Assembly (NCBI GenBank): GCA_001001115.1
Contig: LCIO01000001.1
Span: forward strand, 6,426 to 70,425
Source of the DNA: Candidatus Wolfebacteria bacterium GW2011_GWA1_44_24
GTDB taxonomy: Bacteria > Patescibacteriota > Minisyncoccia > UBA6257 > UBA9933
Direction of reading: 5' to 3'
Length of the DNA: 64,000 nucleotides
A program made the position numbers and the translations under genes. The notes under the pieces were generated by a model, which was given only the letters and a program-made list of their open reading frames with translations, had not been told where the DNA came from and searched no databases. This document shows, piece by piece, positions 44,495 through 54,651 of this stretch (positions are counted from its first letter, which is position 1; each line of letters begins with the position of its first letter).

Positions 44495-44499
44495 AATTA

Positions 44500-44685
44500 T
44501 TACCAGCTTGCTTTTTTTACTCCCGGTATTTGACCCCGGGAAGCCATTTCCCTGAAACAAATTCGGCAAAGACCGAAGTCCCTAAGGAATCCTCTTTTCC
44601 GACCGCATTTAAAACATCGACGGACTGTCCGGCTCGGATATTTCGGTTTTTTTTGAGCTCTCGCGATTACTGATTGTTTAGCCAT
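44500..44685 (-). CDS. rpsZ: 30S ribosomal protein S14, type Z (zinc-binding)
   Basis: 61 aa, [20 protein letters not shown]. Confidence 0.92.
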   Translation of the reverse strand: MAKQSVIARAQKKPKYPSRTVRRCFKCGRKRGFLRDFGLCRICFREMASRGQIPGVKKASW

Positions 44686-45235
44686 GTTTTTTAAACGGTA
44701 TTCCCAATAATTTATATAATTCTATCGCCTCTTCTTTTGTTCCGGCATTACTTACAATATTGATTTCCAATCCAAAATCAACTTTTGAAGTTTCAATATT
44801 GATTTCCGGAAACACAACATGTTCTTTAAAGCCGACCGTTAAATTTCCTTTTTCATCAACGCTTTTTAAATCGATTCCTCTAAAATCTTTAACGCGGGGA
44901 AAAACTATATTTATCAATTTTTCCAAAAAATCGCGCATTCTCCGACGTCGAAGCGTTATTTTTAAACCAACAATTTGCCCTTTCCTGATTTTAAAGCCAG
45001 CAATGGATTTTTTGGCCGGCGTCGGGGCCGGTTTTTGGCCGGTGATTGAAGTTAAATCTTTTATTATTTCGGGCAAGAGTTTTTCTTCAAAATTCGGCTG
45101 CTGACTTAATCTTCCTATTCCGATATTAACCACGATTTTCTCCAATCTTGGAGCTATCAGGTCATTTTTATAACCGAATTTTTCTTTCATTTTTGGCAAA
45201 ACTTCCTTATGGTATTTGTTTATTGTCGCAATCAT
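44678..45235 (-). CDS. rplE: 50S ribosomal protein L5
   Basis: [13 protein letters not shown]...FPEI motifs. Confidence 0.93.
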   Translation of the reverse strand: MIATINKYHKEVLPKMKEKFGYKNDLIAPRLEKIVVNIGIGRLSQQPNFEEKLLPEIIKDLTSITGQKPAPTPAKKSIAGFKIRKGQIVGLKITLRRRRMRDFLEKLINIVFPRVKDFRGIDLKSVDEKGNLTVGFKEHVVFPEINIETSKVDFGLEINIVSNAGTKEEAIELYKLLGIPFKKHG

Positions 45236-45238
45236 AAT

Positions 45239-45544
45239 TTATATTTTTGCTCCGCATTTTTTGCAAACTCTTGACTTTTGTTCACCCTCAAAACGATATC
45301 CGATTCTTGCGGCTTTGCCGCAAGACGAACAAACCAGCATAACATTGGAAGCGTCAATTGGTTTTGGCACCAGAATCGTCTGGCCTTTTTCTCCTTGAGT
45401 TTTCGGCCGGACATGTTTCTTGTATAAATTTAATCCTTCAACGATGATTTTTCTTTCTTCCGGCAAAACTTTTAAAATTTTTCCCGTCTTTCCCCTGTCT
45501 TTCCCGACAATCATTTTTATTGTGTCGTTTTTATGAATTTTCAT
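45239..45544 (-). CDS. rplX: 50S ribosomal protein L24
   Basis: KOW motif [12 protein letters not shown]-terminal CxxC...CxxC extension. Confidence 0.92.
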   Translation of the reverse strand: MKIHKNDTIKMIVGKDRGKTGKILKVLPEERKIIVEGLNLYKKHVRPKTQGEKGQTILVPKPIDASNVMLVCSSCGKAARIGYRFEGEQKSRVCKKCGAKI

Positions 45545-45909
45545 ACTATTTCTTCCGCTGTTGTCACTATTTTTTCAAACCCCTTTTCTTTCAATTCTCT
45601 TGGAATTGGACCGAAAATCCTCGTGGCTCGCGGTTCATTCTTGTCATCAATCAAAACAGCCGCATTTTCATCGAAACGCACAAAAGAACCGTCTTCCCGG
45701 CGCAATGATTTTTTTTGCCTCACAATAACCGCTTTGACAATTTCTTTCTTCTTAACTGCTTTGCGCGGCTCGGCCGTTTGAACCGAAGCCACGATAATAT
45801 CGCCGATTTCGGCGTAACGGCGCCGCGTTCCTCCTAAAACGCGAAAACAACGGATAATTTTAGCTCCGGAATTATCGGCAACTTTTAAAATACTTCTTTC
45901 CTGTATCAT
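45541..45909 (-). CDS. rplN: 50S ribosomal protein L14
   Basis: [17 protein letters not shown]. Confidence 0.95.
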   Translation of the reverse strand: MIQERSILKVADNSGAKIIRCFRVLGGTRRRYAEIGDIIVASVQTAEPRKAVKKKEIVKAVIVRQKKSLRREDGSFVRFDENAAVLIDDKNEPRATRIFGPIPRELKEKGFEKIVTTAEEIV

Positions 45910-46160
45910 AAATTATGATTGTTTTTATTTTCTATTTTTCCGATTATCTTCCACCTCTTCTCCTTAGAAAGCGGTTTTGTTTCTTCGATGATTACCCCTT
46001 CTCCGATTTTATATTCGTTATTTTCGTCGTGGACTTTGAATTTTTTTGTCGCCTTATAATATTTCTTATAAAGCGGATGTTTTTTGAGGCGCGTTATTGC
46101 CACGACGCGGGTTTTATTCATTTTGTCCGAAACAATTATTCCTTGCAGTTTTCTTTTCAT
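45906..46160 (-). CDS. rpsQ: 30S ribosomal protein S17
   Basis: [16 protein letters not shown]...[13 protein letters not shown]. Confidence 0.92.
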   Translation of the reverse strand: MKRKLQGIIVSDKMNKTRVVAITRLKKHPLYKKYYKATKKFKVHDENNEYKIGEGVIIEETKPLSKEKRWKIIGKIENKNNHNL

Positions 46161-46348
46161 TGCTTATTTATTATCGTTAATATTCTCGCTATCGCCCTTT
46201 TTGTTTCTTTTATTTCTCTGATATTCTTCACTTTTCCTTGAAATAAATCAAATTTTAATTGCCTTAACCGTTCATAATAATCGGCTAGATTTTTTTGAAG
46301 TTCCGACAGCGGTTTATTTTTAAATTGTTGAAATTCTTTGCGTTTCAT
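46157..46348 (-). CDS. rpmC: 50S ribosomal protein L29
   Basis: 63 aa, LRQLKFDL...IRKTKRAIARI-type pattern. Confidence 0.9.
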   Translation of the reverse strand: MKRKEFQQFKNKPLSELQKNLADYYERLRQLKFDLFQGKVKNIREIKETKRAIARILTIINKQ

Positions 46349-46759
46349 TTATTTTATGATAATTCTGGTTTTTACCGGCAATTTATGGCCCGCTCTTCTC
46401 AGCGCTTCTTTAGCTGTTTCTTTATCAACGCCATCTATCTCGAATAAAATCCTTCCGGCTCTTACCGGGAAAACATAATGGTCAACGCTTCCCTTTCCTC
46501 CGCCCATCGTCACTTCCGGCGGCCTTTTTGTCACCGGTTTATCGGGAAATATTCTTATCCAAACCTTGCCGCCTCTCTTGGTAAAATGAGAAATGGCTTT
46601 TCTGGCGGCTTCAATCTGTCTTGAATTAATCCAAAAATTGCCCAAAGATTGCAGACCGAAAGAGCCGAAATCCAAATTAATTCCTCTGGTTTCAATTTTG
46701 CGTCCCAACGATCTTCCCTTCTGCCATTTTCGATGTTTTACTTTTTTAGGCATCAACAT
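46349..46759 (-). CDS. rplP: 50S ribosomal protein L16
   Basis: [16 protein letters not shown]...IEAARKAI. Confidence 0.95.
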   Translation of the reverse strand: MLMPKKVKHRKWQKGRSLGRKIETRGINLDFGSFGLQSLGNFWINSRQIEAARKAISHFTKRGGKVWIRIFPDKPVTKRPPEVTMGGGKGSVDHYVFPVRAGRILFEIDGVDKETAKEALRRAGHKLPVKTRIIIK

Positions 46760-46760
46760 A

Positions 46761-47429
46761 TTATTTATTGAATATATCTCCTTTATAGGCCCAGACTTTT
46801 ATTCCGATTGTTCCGTAGGTTGTGTAAGCCGTTGCTTGACCATAATCAATGTTGGCCCGCAATGTCTGAAGCGGCAAACGGCCTCTTGACAGTTGTTCCG
46901 TTCTGGCAATTTCCGCTCCATCCAATCGACCGGCAACCTTTATTCTCGCTCCTTTGATTTCTTTATTGGCCATTACGGCGTCAATATGTTTCTTGATCGT
47001 CCGGCGAAAAGGCATTCTTTTTTCAAAATCCCAGGCGATATTTTGAGCGACAACGGAAGCTGAAATTTCCGAACGCTTCAATTCTTCAATATTCAAATTC
47101 AAACTAAATGACTCGGCAACGCTTTTTTTCTTCCTTAATTTGTTCAGGAAGGATTCGATTGCTTTTATCAAATCTTCTATCCCTTTGCCTCCTTTGCCGA
47201 TTGCCAATCCCGGGCGGCTGACTTTAACGGAGACTTTATATTTGTTTCCCATTCTTTCAATATCGATTTTATCGATGCCGGAAGTTCCTATTTTTTTTTC
47301 AATAATTGCTCTAATCAAAACATCCTCTTCCAATAATCGCTGAAAGTTGAATTTTTTTGGAAACCATCGACTGTTCCAATCTTTGATAATTCCCAATCTT
47401 AATGAATTTGGCCTGATTTTATGTCCCAT
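46761..47429 (-). CDS. rpsC: 30S ribosomal protein S3
   Basis: [14 protein letters not shown]...KH domain...[10 protein letters not shown]. Confidence 0.95.
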   Translation of the reverse strand: MGHKIRPNSLRLGIIKDWNSRWFPKKFNFQRLLEEDVLIRAIIEKKIGTSGIDKIDIERMGNKYKVSVKVSRPGLAIGKGGKGIEDLIKAIESFLNKLRKKKSVAESFSLNLNIEELKRSEISASVVAQNIAWDFEKRMPFRRTIKKHIDAVMANKEIKGARIKVAGRLDGAEIARTEQLSRGRLPLQTLRANIDYGQATAYTTYGTIGIKVWAYKGDIFNK

Positions 47430-47437
47430 AATCTTAT

Positions 47438-47947
47438 TTATACCGATTTTCTTCTGAAAATTCTTCTCATAAATCCCTGAGCTTGCGGTTTCGCTTCTTT
47501 TTTGATTTCTTCGATTTTCTGTTTTTGTTCGGCTTTCTCTTTTTTGATTTTTTCAGCTTCTCTCTTTTTGATTTTTTCCGGTTTTACGATTTTAAATCTT
47601 GTTTCTTTTGATTTTTCCGATTCTCCCAAAATCAAAGTGATATGGCTGGTTTTTTTCTGAATTGGCGTTGCCCGACCCTGCGCTCTTGGCATAAATCTTT
47701 TAAGCATCGGTCCTTGGTCGACAAATATGCTTTTGACAAATAAATTATTCTCTTTCAAATTTTTTTCTTTGCCAGCCGCAATAGCTGAGCGCAAAAGTTT
47801 AAGCAACGGCTCTTTGGCTTTTCTTGGATTTATCAAAAGCTGAGCTTCAGCTTCGGAAATCGACAGTCCTTTCAATAAGTTGGCAACCAACCGCACTTTT
47901 CGCGGCGCCATTCTTAAATAATTCAATTGCGCTTTTTGTTCTTTCAT
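47438..47947 (-). CDS. rplV: 50S ribosomal protein L22 with Lys/Glu-rich C-terminal extension
   Basis: LRMAPRKVRLVANLLKG...RAQGRATPIQKKTSHI. About 55-aa charged tail. Confidence 0.92.
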   Translation of the reverse strand: MKEQKAQLNYLRMAPRKVRLVANLLKGLSISEAEAQLLINPRKAKEPLLKLLRSAIAAGKEKNLKENNLFVKSIFVDQGPMLKRFMPRAQGRATPIQKKTSHITLILGESEKSKETRFKIVKPEKIKKREAEKIKKEKAEQKQKIEEIKKEAKPQAQGFMRRIFRRKSV

Positions 47948-47953
47948 ATTATT

Positions 47954-48259
47954 TTATTGCTTCGCCGGCTGTCCTTCCGCCGATTTTTCCAATTCTTTTT
48001 GCATTCTTCCTCCATGCCTAATGAATTTTCTTGTCGGAGAAAACTCTCCCAGCCGATGACCTATCATTTCTTCGGCGATTTTCACGGAAATAAAATCTTT
48101 GCCGTTATGCACTCCAAAAGTAAAACCGACCATTTCCGGAGAAATTTCCGAATCCCTGGACCAGGTTTTAATAATTTCCTTGCCGCCGGATTTCAATTTT
48201 AATATTTTTTTCAACAATTTTTGGTCAATATAAGGACCTTTTTTTGACGACCTACCCAT
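47954..48259 (-). CDS. rpsS: 30S ribosomal protein S19
   Basis: [11 protein letters not shown]...HNGKDFISV...GHRLGEF. Confidence 0.95.
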   Translation of the reverse strand: MGRSSKKGPYIDQKLLKKILKLKSGGKEIIKTWSRDSEISPEMVGFTFGVHNGKDFISVKIAEEMIGHRLGEFSPTRKFIRHGGRMQKELEKSAEGQPAKQ

Positions 48260-48260
48260 A

Positions 48261-49082
48261 TTATTTGCGTTTTTCGATTATCATTTTATTCGACCACTTC
48301 TTTCTGTTTCTCGTTTTTCTTCCTCCAGTGACCTTCCCCCATAAAGTTTTTGGTTTTCTGGTTCCTCTGGGCTGTCTTCCTTCCCCTCCGCCATAAGGAT
48401 GATCAACCGGATTCATAGCCGTGCCTCTGACCGTAGGTCTTATTCCCAGCCATCTTGAACGGCCGGCTTTGCCGATATTTGTCAAATTCCAATCGGGATT
48501 GGAAACTTGTCCCAATGAAGCGAAATTATCCCATTTTATTTTTCTGATTTCTCCGGAAGAAAGTTTCAGGTGAGTCCAGCCGTTTTCCTGCGCCAAAACT
48601 TCGCCATAAGAACCGGCTGACCTTGCTAATTGCCCGCCGGTGCCCTTATTCAATTCGACATTGTGGACAAAATAACCGACCGGAATATTTTTGAGCGCTA
48701 ATCGATTGCTTTCTTTAAGCGGAGCGTTTTCTGAAGTAATAATTTCTTGACCCACCTTCATGTCTTTCGAAGCCAGAACATATCTTCGTTCGCCGTCTTT
48801 ATAAACAATCAAAGCGATGAAAGCCGTCCTGTATGGGTCATATTCCAGAGTTTCAACGCGACCCGAAATATTTAATTTATCCTGTTTAAAATCAATAAGC
48901 CGGTAAAGTTTTTTATTCCCGCCCCCTTGATGACGAGTCGTGATTCTTCCCTGATTATTGCGTCCGCTTTTTGAAGAAATTTTTATGACGAGTTTTTTAA
49001 ACGGCTCAGCCGCGCTTAAAACGCCGTAATCAACGGTTGTCATTTGCCTTCTTGATGGAGTTGTTGGAGAATATTTCTTCAT
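48261..49082 (-). CDS. rplB: 50S ribosomal protein L2
   Basis: [15 protein letters not shown]...[13 protein letters not shown]. Confidence 0.95.
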   Translation of the reverse strand: MKKYSPTTPSRRQMTTVDYGVLSAAEPFKKLVIKISSKSGRNNQGRITTRHQGGGNKKLYRLIDFKQDKLNISGRVETLEYDPYRTAFIALIVYKDGERRYVLASKDMKVGQEIITSENAPLKESNRLALKNIPVGYFVHNVELNKGTGGQLARSAGSYGEVLAQENGWTHLKLSSGEIRKIKWDNFASLGQVSNPDWNLTNIGKAGRSRWLGIRPTVRGTAMNPVDHPYGGGEGRQPRGTRKPKTLWGKVTGGRKTRNRKKWSNKMIIEKRK

Positions 49083-49085
49083 ATT

Positions 49086-49388
49086 TTATGTCGGCATTAC
49101 TTCTATTTTATGACCCTTCTTCAATGTTACGACGGCTTTTTTCTTACCCGGAATTCTGCCGATGCTTTTCCCGAAACGTCGAATTTTCCCTTTAATGTTT
49201 ATGACATTAACTTCAGCCACTTTTACGCCGTAAATTGATTCTATGGCTTTTTTAACCTCCGGCTTATTGGCTTTCCCGTCAACCACAAAAATATATTTCC
49301 TTAAGGGTGATAGACTGGCGGCGCGTTCGGTTATCCACGGCTGTTTTATTAAATGCTTTTTTAGTTTTTGTTTAACCGCGTTATTCAT
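49086..49388 (-). CDS. rplW: 50S ribosomal protein L23
   Basis: KYIFVVDGKANKPEVKKAIE...V.VNVIN pattern. Confidence 0.9.
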   Translation of the reverse strand: MNNAVKQKLKKHLIKQPWITERAASLSPLRKYIFVVDGKANKPEVKKAIESIYGVKVAEVNVINIKGKIRRFGKSIGRIPGKKKAVVTLKKGHKIEVMPT

Positions 49389-49390
49389 GA

Positions 49391-50023
49391 TTATTTGTAA
49401 TGTTTTTCTATTTCATTGACCGCTTTTTCTTCCAAAATAATATTCTTGTGTCTCAATAAGTCGTAAATATTCAACGAATAAGGGCTTAAGGCATCGGCGT
49501 TTTTAATATTGGCAATCAAACGATTTATTGTCTTATTTTCCGGAAGTGAAATCAGCAGCGCGTTTATTTTTCCGCCGACAATATTTTTCAAAATCTGCGC
49601 CATTATTTTTGTTTTTTGTTTTGTTTTTTCGAAACTTAAATTATCGATTACTTTCAGTTCATTTTCCCGATTTTTTTTCGAAAGGACGCTGAAAATAGCC
49701 AAACGATTCATTTTTTTATTGATTTTTCTGGCGTATATTTTTTCCTTAGTCGGACCAAAAGTCACTCCTCCTCCTTTCCATAAGGGCGAACGGATTGAAC
49801 CGTGCCGGGCCCGGCCGGTGCCTTTTTGACGCCACGGTTTTTTGCCGCCGCCGGCAACTTCTCCCCGCCCCTTGGTGTGAGCAAGCGATTCCCGGCGATT
49901 CGCTAATTGCGCCAAAAGCGCCTGATGAACCAAATCAGAATTCCATTTAACGGCAAAAATCTTTTCGGGCAAATCAATCATTCCCACTTTTTCATTTTTT
50001 TGATTGAAAACATCCGTTGTCAT
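49391..50023 (-). CDS. rplD: 50S ribosomal protein L4
   Basis: GGGKKPWRQKGTGRARHGSIRSPLWKGGG. Confidence 0.95.
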   Translation of the reverse strand: MTTDVFNQKNEKVGMIDLPEKIFAVKWNSDLVHQALLAQLANRRESLAHTKGRGEVAGGGKKPWRQKGTGRARHGSIRSPLWKGGGVTFGPTKEKIYARKINKKMNRLAIFSVLSKKNRENELKVIDNLSFEKTKQKTKIMAQILKNIVGGKINALLISLPENKTINRLIANIKNADALSPYSLNIYDLLRHKNIILEEKAVNEIEKHYK

Positions 50024-50622
50024 ATCTTTCTGATTTCCAAAATTGTTTCTTTTGTTCCCGGCACAGCGCCCCTAAGCATCAAAATGTTTTTTTCTCTGTC
50101 GATCGTCGCAATTTCCAAATTTTTGACGGTTACCCGTTCGCTTCCCATCCGGCCGGCCATTTTTCTTCCCGGCATAACTCTTTGCGGCGCGGTACTGCCG
50201 ATTGAACCCGGCGCCCTCAAGCGATTTTTCTGGCCGTGCGTTTGAGGTCCGCCAAAAAAACCATGGCGCTTAACCACTCCCTGAAAACCGCGGCCTTTTG
50301 ATAAACCGCTAACCTTAACTTTTTCACCTTCCTGAAATTGATTAATATCCAAAATATCGCCAATTTTTAATTCCGAATTTTTAATTCTGAATTCTTTCAG
50401 GCATTTAAAATTTCCGAGATTTTTCAAATGGCCGGTGAGCGGTTTGTTTATTTTTTTCTTTGATAAATCAAAGCCGATTTGCGCCGCCTCATAACCGTCT
50501 TTCTCTTTTGTTTTAATCTGTGTTACGGTTATCGGGCCGGCTTTAATCATGGTTACCGGAATAACTTTGTCATTTTTCCAAATTTGGCTCATTTTCAATT
50601 TTTTGCCGAGAATAAATTTCAT
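50020..50622 (-). CDS. rplC: 50S ribosomal protein L3
   Basis: GKKLKMSQIW...SKGRGFQGVVKRHGF. Confidence 0.95.
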   Translation of the reverse strand: MKFILGKKLKMSQIWKNDKVIPVTMIKAGPITVTQIKTKEKDGYEAAQIGFDLSKKKINKPLTGHLKNLGNFKCLKEFRIKNSELKIGDILDINQFQEGEKVKVSGLSKGRGFQGVVKRHGFFGGPQTHGQKNRLRAPGSIGSTAPQRVMPGRKMAGRMGSERVTVKNLEIATIDREKNILMLRGAVPGTKETILEIRKI

Positions 50623-50633
50623 TTTTTTAAATT

Positions 50634-50660
50634 AAAACAGCCAGATTAGCCGGCTGTTTT
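50634..50660 (-). promoter_or_regulatory. leader hairpin immediately upstream of rplC (attenuator/terminator-like)
   Basis: The 9-bp stem AAAACAGCC pairs with GGCTGTTTT around a 9-nt loop. U-runs flank it on both strands. It ends 11 nt before the rplC ATG. Confidence 0.4.
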
Positions 50661-50729
50661 TTTAATTGGCTAAATCTCTAAAATTAAACTGTTATCCAAT
50701 AAATATTAACATTATTTATTTGCTCCATA

Positions 50730-50758
50730 AAGATAGCAGATAACAAAATCTATGTCAA
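50730..50758 (-). promoter_or_regulatory. candidate internal promoter between rpsJ and rplC
   Basis: Minus strand reads TTGACA (50753-50758), a 17-nt spacer, then TATCTT (50730-50735). Confidence 0.45.
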
Positions 50759-50761
50759 CAT

Positions 50762-50790
50762 AAAACGCCCCCGCTTAACGGGGGCGTTTT
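50762..50790 (-). terminator. rho-independent terminator directly after rpsJ
   Basis: The 8-bp GC stem CGCCCCCG pairs with CGGGGGCG around a 5-nt loop. The hairpin's flanking A-run begins 2 nt after the TAG stop. On the minus strand it is followed by TTTTA. Confidence 0.7.
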
Positions 50791-50791
50791 G

Positions 50792-51121
50792 CTATTTCAT
50801 TTTTATCTCAATGTCCACGCCAGCCGGCAAATTCAAACCGCTTAAAGCTTCAATAATTTTCTGGTTGGGGTTCAGAATGTCAATTAATCTTTTATGGACT
50901 CTGAGTTCAAATTGCTCGCGGCTGGTTTTGTGAACAAAGGTGGAACGATTGACCGTATAGCGCCTGAATTCGGTCGGCAAAGGAATCGGTCCGATAATTT
51001 CGGCGCCGTTTCGAACTGCCGTGTCGATAATCTGTTTGGTTGAATTGTCAATCAAACGATGGTCGTAAGATTTTATTTTCAACCGCAATTTTGATTGTAT
51101 AGCTTCTTCTTTTTTGGCCAT
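50792..51121 (-). CDS. rpsJ: 30S ribosomal protein S10
   Basis: [25 protein letters not shown]...GPIPLPT. Confidence 0.95.
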   Translation of the reverse strand: MAKKEEAIQSKLRLKIKSYDHRLIDNSTKQIIDTAVRNGAEIIGPIPLPTEFRRYTVNRSTFVHKTSREQFELRVHKRLIDILNPNQKIIEALSGLNLPAGVDIEIKMK

Positions 51122-51150
51122 AACAAAGAACTACTCGAATTGTCTTGAAA

Positions 51151-52350
51151 TTATTTTGTTATTTTAATAACCACTCCGGCGCCAACGGTTTTGCCTCCTT
51201 CACGGATGGCAAATCTTTGTTTTTCTTCAAGCGCCACGGCGGCGATTAATTTAACCGAGATATTGACTGTGTCGCCAGGCATCACCATCTCCATTCCCTC
51301 CGGCAAAATCACTTCGCCGGTGACATCGGTGGTGCGGATATAGAATTGAGGTTTATAGCCCTTAAAGAATGGCGTGTGTCGGCCGCCCTCTTCTTTGGTC
51401 AGAACATAAATCTCGGCTTCGAAATCGGTATGAGGAGTGACGCTACCCGGTTTGGCGATAACTTGCCCCCGTTCAACATCTTCTTTTTTAAGGCCCCTTA
51501 AAAGAATGCCGACGTTGTCTCCCGCTCTTCCTTCGTCGAGAAGCTTATTGAACATTTCAATGCCGGTTACCACTGTTTTTTGAGTGGGCTTTAAACCGAT
51601 GATTTCCACTTCTTCATTGACTTTGACTATGCCTCTTTCCGCGCGGCCGGTTACCACCGTGCCTCGGCCTTCAATCGTGAAGATATCTTCAATTGGCATC
51701 AAAAACGGCTTGTCGATTTCTCTGACGGGTTCCGGAATATAGTCGTCCAAAGCTTTAATGAGGTCCATAATCGGCTTAACGGCTTCGTCATCGGCTGACT
51801 TAGCTTCAAGGGCCTTCAACCCCGAACCGCGGATAATCGGCGTTTCGTCTCCGGGAAAATTATATTTTTTCAAAAGTTCTCTGATTTCGGCTTCCACCAG
51901 ATCAATCAATTCTTTGTCGTCAACTTGGTCGACTTTGTTGAGGAAAACAACAATTGCCGGCACGCCGACCTGACGAGCCAACAAAATATGTTCGCGGGTC
52001 TGGGGCATCGGACCGTCAGCCGCGGAAACCACTAAAATTGCTCCGTCCATCTGGGCGGCTCCGGTAATCATGTTTTTTATGTAGTCCGCGTGTCCCGGCG
52101 CGTCAATATGGGCGTAGTGCCTTTTTTCCGACTGATATTCGGAATGATGAAGTGCGATGGTGATGCCCCGGGCTTTTTCTTCCGGCGCGTTGTCGATATC
52201 ATCAACTGCTTCTTCTTTGTCAATCAGACCCTTTAATTTAAGGACATGAGTGATCGCGGCGGTCAAAGTAGTTTTGCCGTGGTCCACATGACCAATGGTG
52301 CCGACATTCAAGTGCGGCTTTGTTCTTTCGAATTTTGCTTTTTCAGCCAT
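51151..52350 (-). CDS. tuf: elongation factor Tu
   Basis: [36 protein letters not shown]. 399 aa. Confidence 0.97.
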   Translation of the reverse strand: MAEKAKFERTKPHLNVGTIGHVDHGKTTLTAAITHVLKLKGLIDKEEAVDDIDNAPEEKARGITIALHHSEYQSEKRHYAHIDAPGHADYIKNMITGAAQMDGAILVVSAADGPMPQTREHILLARQVGVPAIVVFLNKVDQVDDKELIDLVEAEIRELLKKYNFPGDETPIIRGSGLKALEAKSADDEAVKPIMDLIKALDDYIPEPVREIDKPFLMPIEDIFTIEGRGTVVTGRAERGIVKVNEEVEIIGLKPTQKTVVTGIEMFNKLLDEGRAGDNVGILLRGLKKEDVERGQVIAKPGSVTPHTDFEAEIYVLTKEEGGRHTPFFKGYKPQFYIRTTDVTGEVILPEGMEMVMPGDTVNISVKLIAAVALEEKQRFAIREGGKTVGAGVVIKITK

Positions 52351-52381
52351 AATAAAAAATTATTTTTTGCGACTTTTTAAG

Positions 52382-52409
52382 TTTATATTAGCGTCCCAAT
52401 GATTGTCAA
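52382..52409 (-). promoter_or_regulatory. candidate sigma70 promoter for tuf
   Basis: Minus strand reads TTGACA (52404-52409), a 16-nt spacer, then TATAAA (52382-52387). It starts 12 nt after the rplQ stop. Confidence 0.5.
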
Positions 52410-52420
52410 GGGGAAAAGTA

Positions 52421-52771
52421 TCAGACAAATTCGATTGCTGCCATTTTCGCTCCGTCATTTTTCCTCGCTTTCATCCCTTTGATAATTCTCAAATATCCTC
52501 CTTTTCGTTCTGTATAGCGTGGAGCGATTTGAAAGTATAATTTTTCCGCCGATGGTTTTGACAAACGGGAAAAAAGAATCCGCATGGCTGGCAAATTTTG
52601 TTTTTTAGCCAGTGTAACCATTTTTTCGGCGATTGATTTTATTTCTTTGGCTTTCGCTTCCGTGGTTTCCATTTTCTCCCGAAGAATCAAATTATTAAGA
52701 AGTCCTTTTATCAAAGCTTTTCGCTGGCCCCTTTTTCTGTGAAATTTTCTGCCTTTTTTAAGGTGTCTCAT
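52421..52771 (-). CDS. rplQ: 50S ribosomal protein L17
   Basis: MRHLKKGRKFHRKRGQRKAL...GGYLRI. Confidence 0.93.
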   Translation of the reverse strand: MRHLKKGRKFHRKRGQRKALIKGLLNNLILREKMETTEAKAKEIKSIAEKMVTLAKKQNLPAMRILFSRLSKPSAEKLYFQIAPRYTERKGGYLRIIKGMKARKNDGAKMAAIEFV

Positions 52772-53529
52772 TTGAGTTTCTTTGTCTTTCTTGTTTTTTT
52801 TGCCGGTTTTAATTTTACCGGCGCTTCCGTTTCTTTTACTTCAATTGCCGAAATTTTTTCCAAGTGGTCTTTCAAAACATTGGCGGCTTTATGAATAGCG
52901 CTTGAAGGCGTAATGCTGCCGTCGGTTTTAATGGTCAGCCGGAGCCGATTGTAGTCGGTGCGTTCTCCTACACGCATATTCTCCACTTTGAAATTAACGA
53001 TTCTTAACGGCGTAAAAAAAGCGTCAATGGCGATTGTTCCTATTGGAAACTTTTCGGTTTTTCTGGCTTCCACCGGCACATAACCAAGACCTTTTTCAAC
53101 CGTCAAATCCATTTCGACTTCAGTGTTTTTGGAAGTGATTGTAAAAATCGGTTGGTCGGAATTGATAACTTCCACTAAAGAATTGGCTTCAATCTCGGCG
53201 GCTGTTATTTTCTTTTCCCCTTTCACTTTTAAGCTCAAAACCTGAGGTTCATCGGCATAAAATCTAAATCTGATTTTTTTAAGATTCAAAATTATTTCCA
53301 CAACATCTTCTTTGACGCCGGGAATAGTGGAAAATTCGTGCTTAACCCCCCTTATTTTCACTTGGGTAATCGCCGCTCCAGGCAATGACGATAACAACGC
53401 TCGGCGCAAAGCGTTCCCCAGAGTCAAGCCATAACCGACATACAGCCCCTCAATCTCAAAAACGCCGTCGGTTTCGGTTTCGGAAATTGTTTTGATTTTT
53501 ACGGTTTCGGATAAATGAGTATATTTCAT
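52768..53529 (-). CDS. rpoA: DNA-directed RNA polymerase alpha subunit, N-terminal domain only
   Basis: GYGLTLGNALRRALLSSLPGAAI and the NTD fold through ~aa 230, then a 20-aa Lys-rich tail. Its stop overlaps the rplQ start. Confidence 0.88.
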   Translation of the reverse strand: MKYTHLSETVKIKTISETETDGVFEIEGLYVGYGLTLGNALRRALLSSLPGAAITQVKIRGVKHEFSTIPGVKEDVVEIILNLKKIRFRFYADEPQVLSLKVKGEKKITAAEIEANSLVEVINSDQPIFTITSKNTEVEMDLTVEKGLGYVPVEARKTEKFPIGTIAIDAFFTPLRIVNFKVENMRVGERTDYNRLRLTIKTDGSITPSSAIHKAANVLKDHLEKISAIEVKETEAPVKLKPAKKTRKTKKLK

Positions 53530-53532
53530 AAT

Positions 53533-54150
53533 TTATCTTGAGTAATAATCAACGACCAAATTTATATCAAAAGGCATTTCAATATCGAAGGGCAAATTTT
53601 TTATTTTCCCTTCAATTTTGTCTTTATCTGTTTCTAGCCATTGGGGCGGTTCATATTTTTTAATAGTATTCGACAATTCTTTAAAAATCAAGATGTTTTT
53701 TGAAGAAGGATTTAGAGAAACAACATCTCCGATTTTCAAAAGCGCCGAAGGCGTCCTGACTTTTTTTCCGTTAACAAAAATATGTCCGTGGCTTGCCAAT
53801 TGGCGGGCCGTAATCCGGTTGGGCGCGAATCCAAGCCTGAAAATTACATTATCGAGCCGAGTTTCCAAAATATTTATTACGGCTGAAACGGCCGAAGCCG
53901 CTTTAGCGGCATTCTTGAAAATCGTCCTCATTTGAGATTCATTGACGCCATAACTGATTTTTATTTTCTGTTTTTCCATCAGCTGTTGGCCGTATTCGGA
54001 AAGCGTCTTTCGTCTTCTTGATTTTCCATGCATTCCGGGCCTGTACGGTTTCCGTATCATCGCGCATTTTGGACCGCTGCAACGTTCCCCTTTCAGAAAG
54101 AGTTTTACTCCCAAGGCGCGCTCTTTTTTTTCTTTGGCTTTAATTAACAT
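53533..54150 (-). CDS. rpsD: 30S ribosomal protein S4
   Basis: N-terminal C..PKC module, S4 RNA-binding domain RLDNVIFRLGFA. Confidence 0.93.
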   Translation of the reverse strand: MLIKAKEKKERALGVKLFLKGERCSGPKCAMIRKPYRPGMHGKSRRRKTLSEYGQQLMEKQKIKISYGVNESQMRTIFKNAAKAASAVSAVINILETRLDNVIFRLGFAPNRITARQLASHGHIFVNGKKVRTPSALLKIGDVVSLNPSSKNILIFKELSNTIKKYEPPQWLETDKDKIEGKIKNLPFDIEMPFDINLVVDYYSR

Positions 54151-54156
54151 GTAATT

Positions 54157-54621
54157 TTACACTCTTCTGCTTTTTGGCGGTTTCGGACCGTTATGAGGAA
54201 TCGGCGTAACGTCTTTAATTGAAAGGATATTGAATCCCTGGTTGGCTAAAGATTTAATGGCCATATCTCTGCCGCCGCCTACTCCTTTGACGATTATATC
54301 AATATTTTGAAAGTTTATTTTTTTTAATTTTTCGCTGATGGCGGCAACCATTTTGGAAGCCGCGAATGGCGTCGCTTTTTTCGGCCCGGAAAATCCCAAA
54401 GAGCCGGCAGAAATCCAAGCTAAAACATTTCCGCTTCTGTCGGTTGCCGTCAACATCGTATTATTGTAAGTGACGCTGATGTAAATCTTACCGATGTCTA
54501 TTTTTTTCCCCCCCGTTTTAATTCCAGGAGCGGTTGATTTTTTGGCGATAGTTTCTTCCAATTTCGCCCCCTCTTTCAAAAAATCTTCTTCAGTTTTTTG
54601 AATAACTTTTTTTTGTCCCAT
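54157..54621 (-). CDS. rpsK: 30S ribosomal protein S11 with N-terminal extension
   Basis: IYISVTYNNTMLTATD...GSLGFSG.KKATPFAA...PHNG. Confidence 0.92.
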   Translation of the reverse strand: MGQKKVIQKTEEDFLKEGAKLEETIAKKSTAPGIKTGGKKIDIGKIYISVTYNNTMLTATDRSGNVLAWISAGSLGFSGPKKATPFAASKMVAAISEKLKKINFQNIDIIVKGVGGGRDMAIKSLANQGFNILSIKDVTPIPHNGPKPPKSRRV

Positions 54622-54651
54622 AAAATTAGTTTATTAGTTTATAAAGTTATT

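Noticed and set aside
44495-44569. 25-codon N-terminal extension of the S8 ORF
   Set aside because: It overlaps the rpsZ coding sequence. The S8 family N-terminus matches the internal Met (MYINLLTKIKNAQ).
45232-45414. 60-aa minus-strand ORF
   Set aside because: It is an alternative frame entirely inside rplX (L24) and has no independent support.
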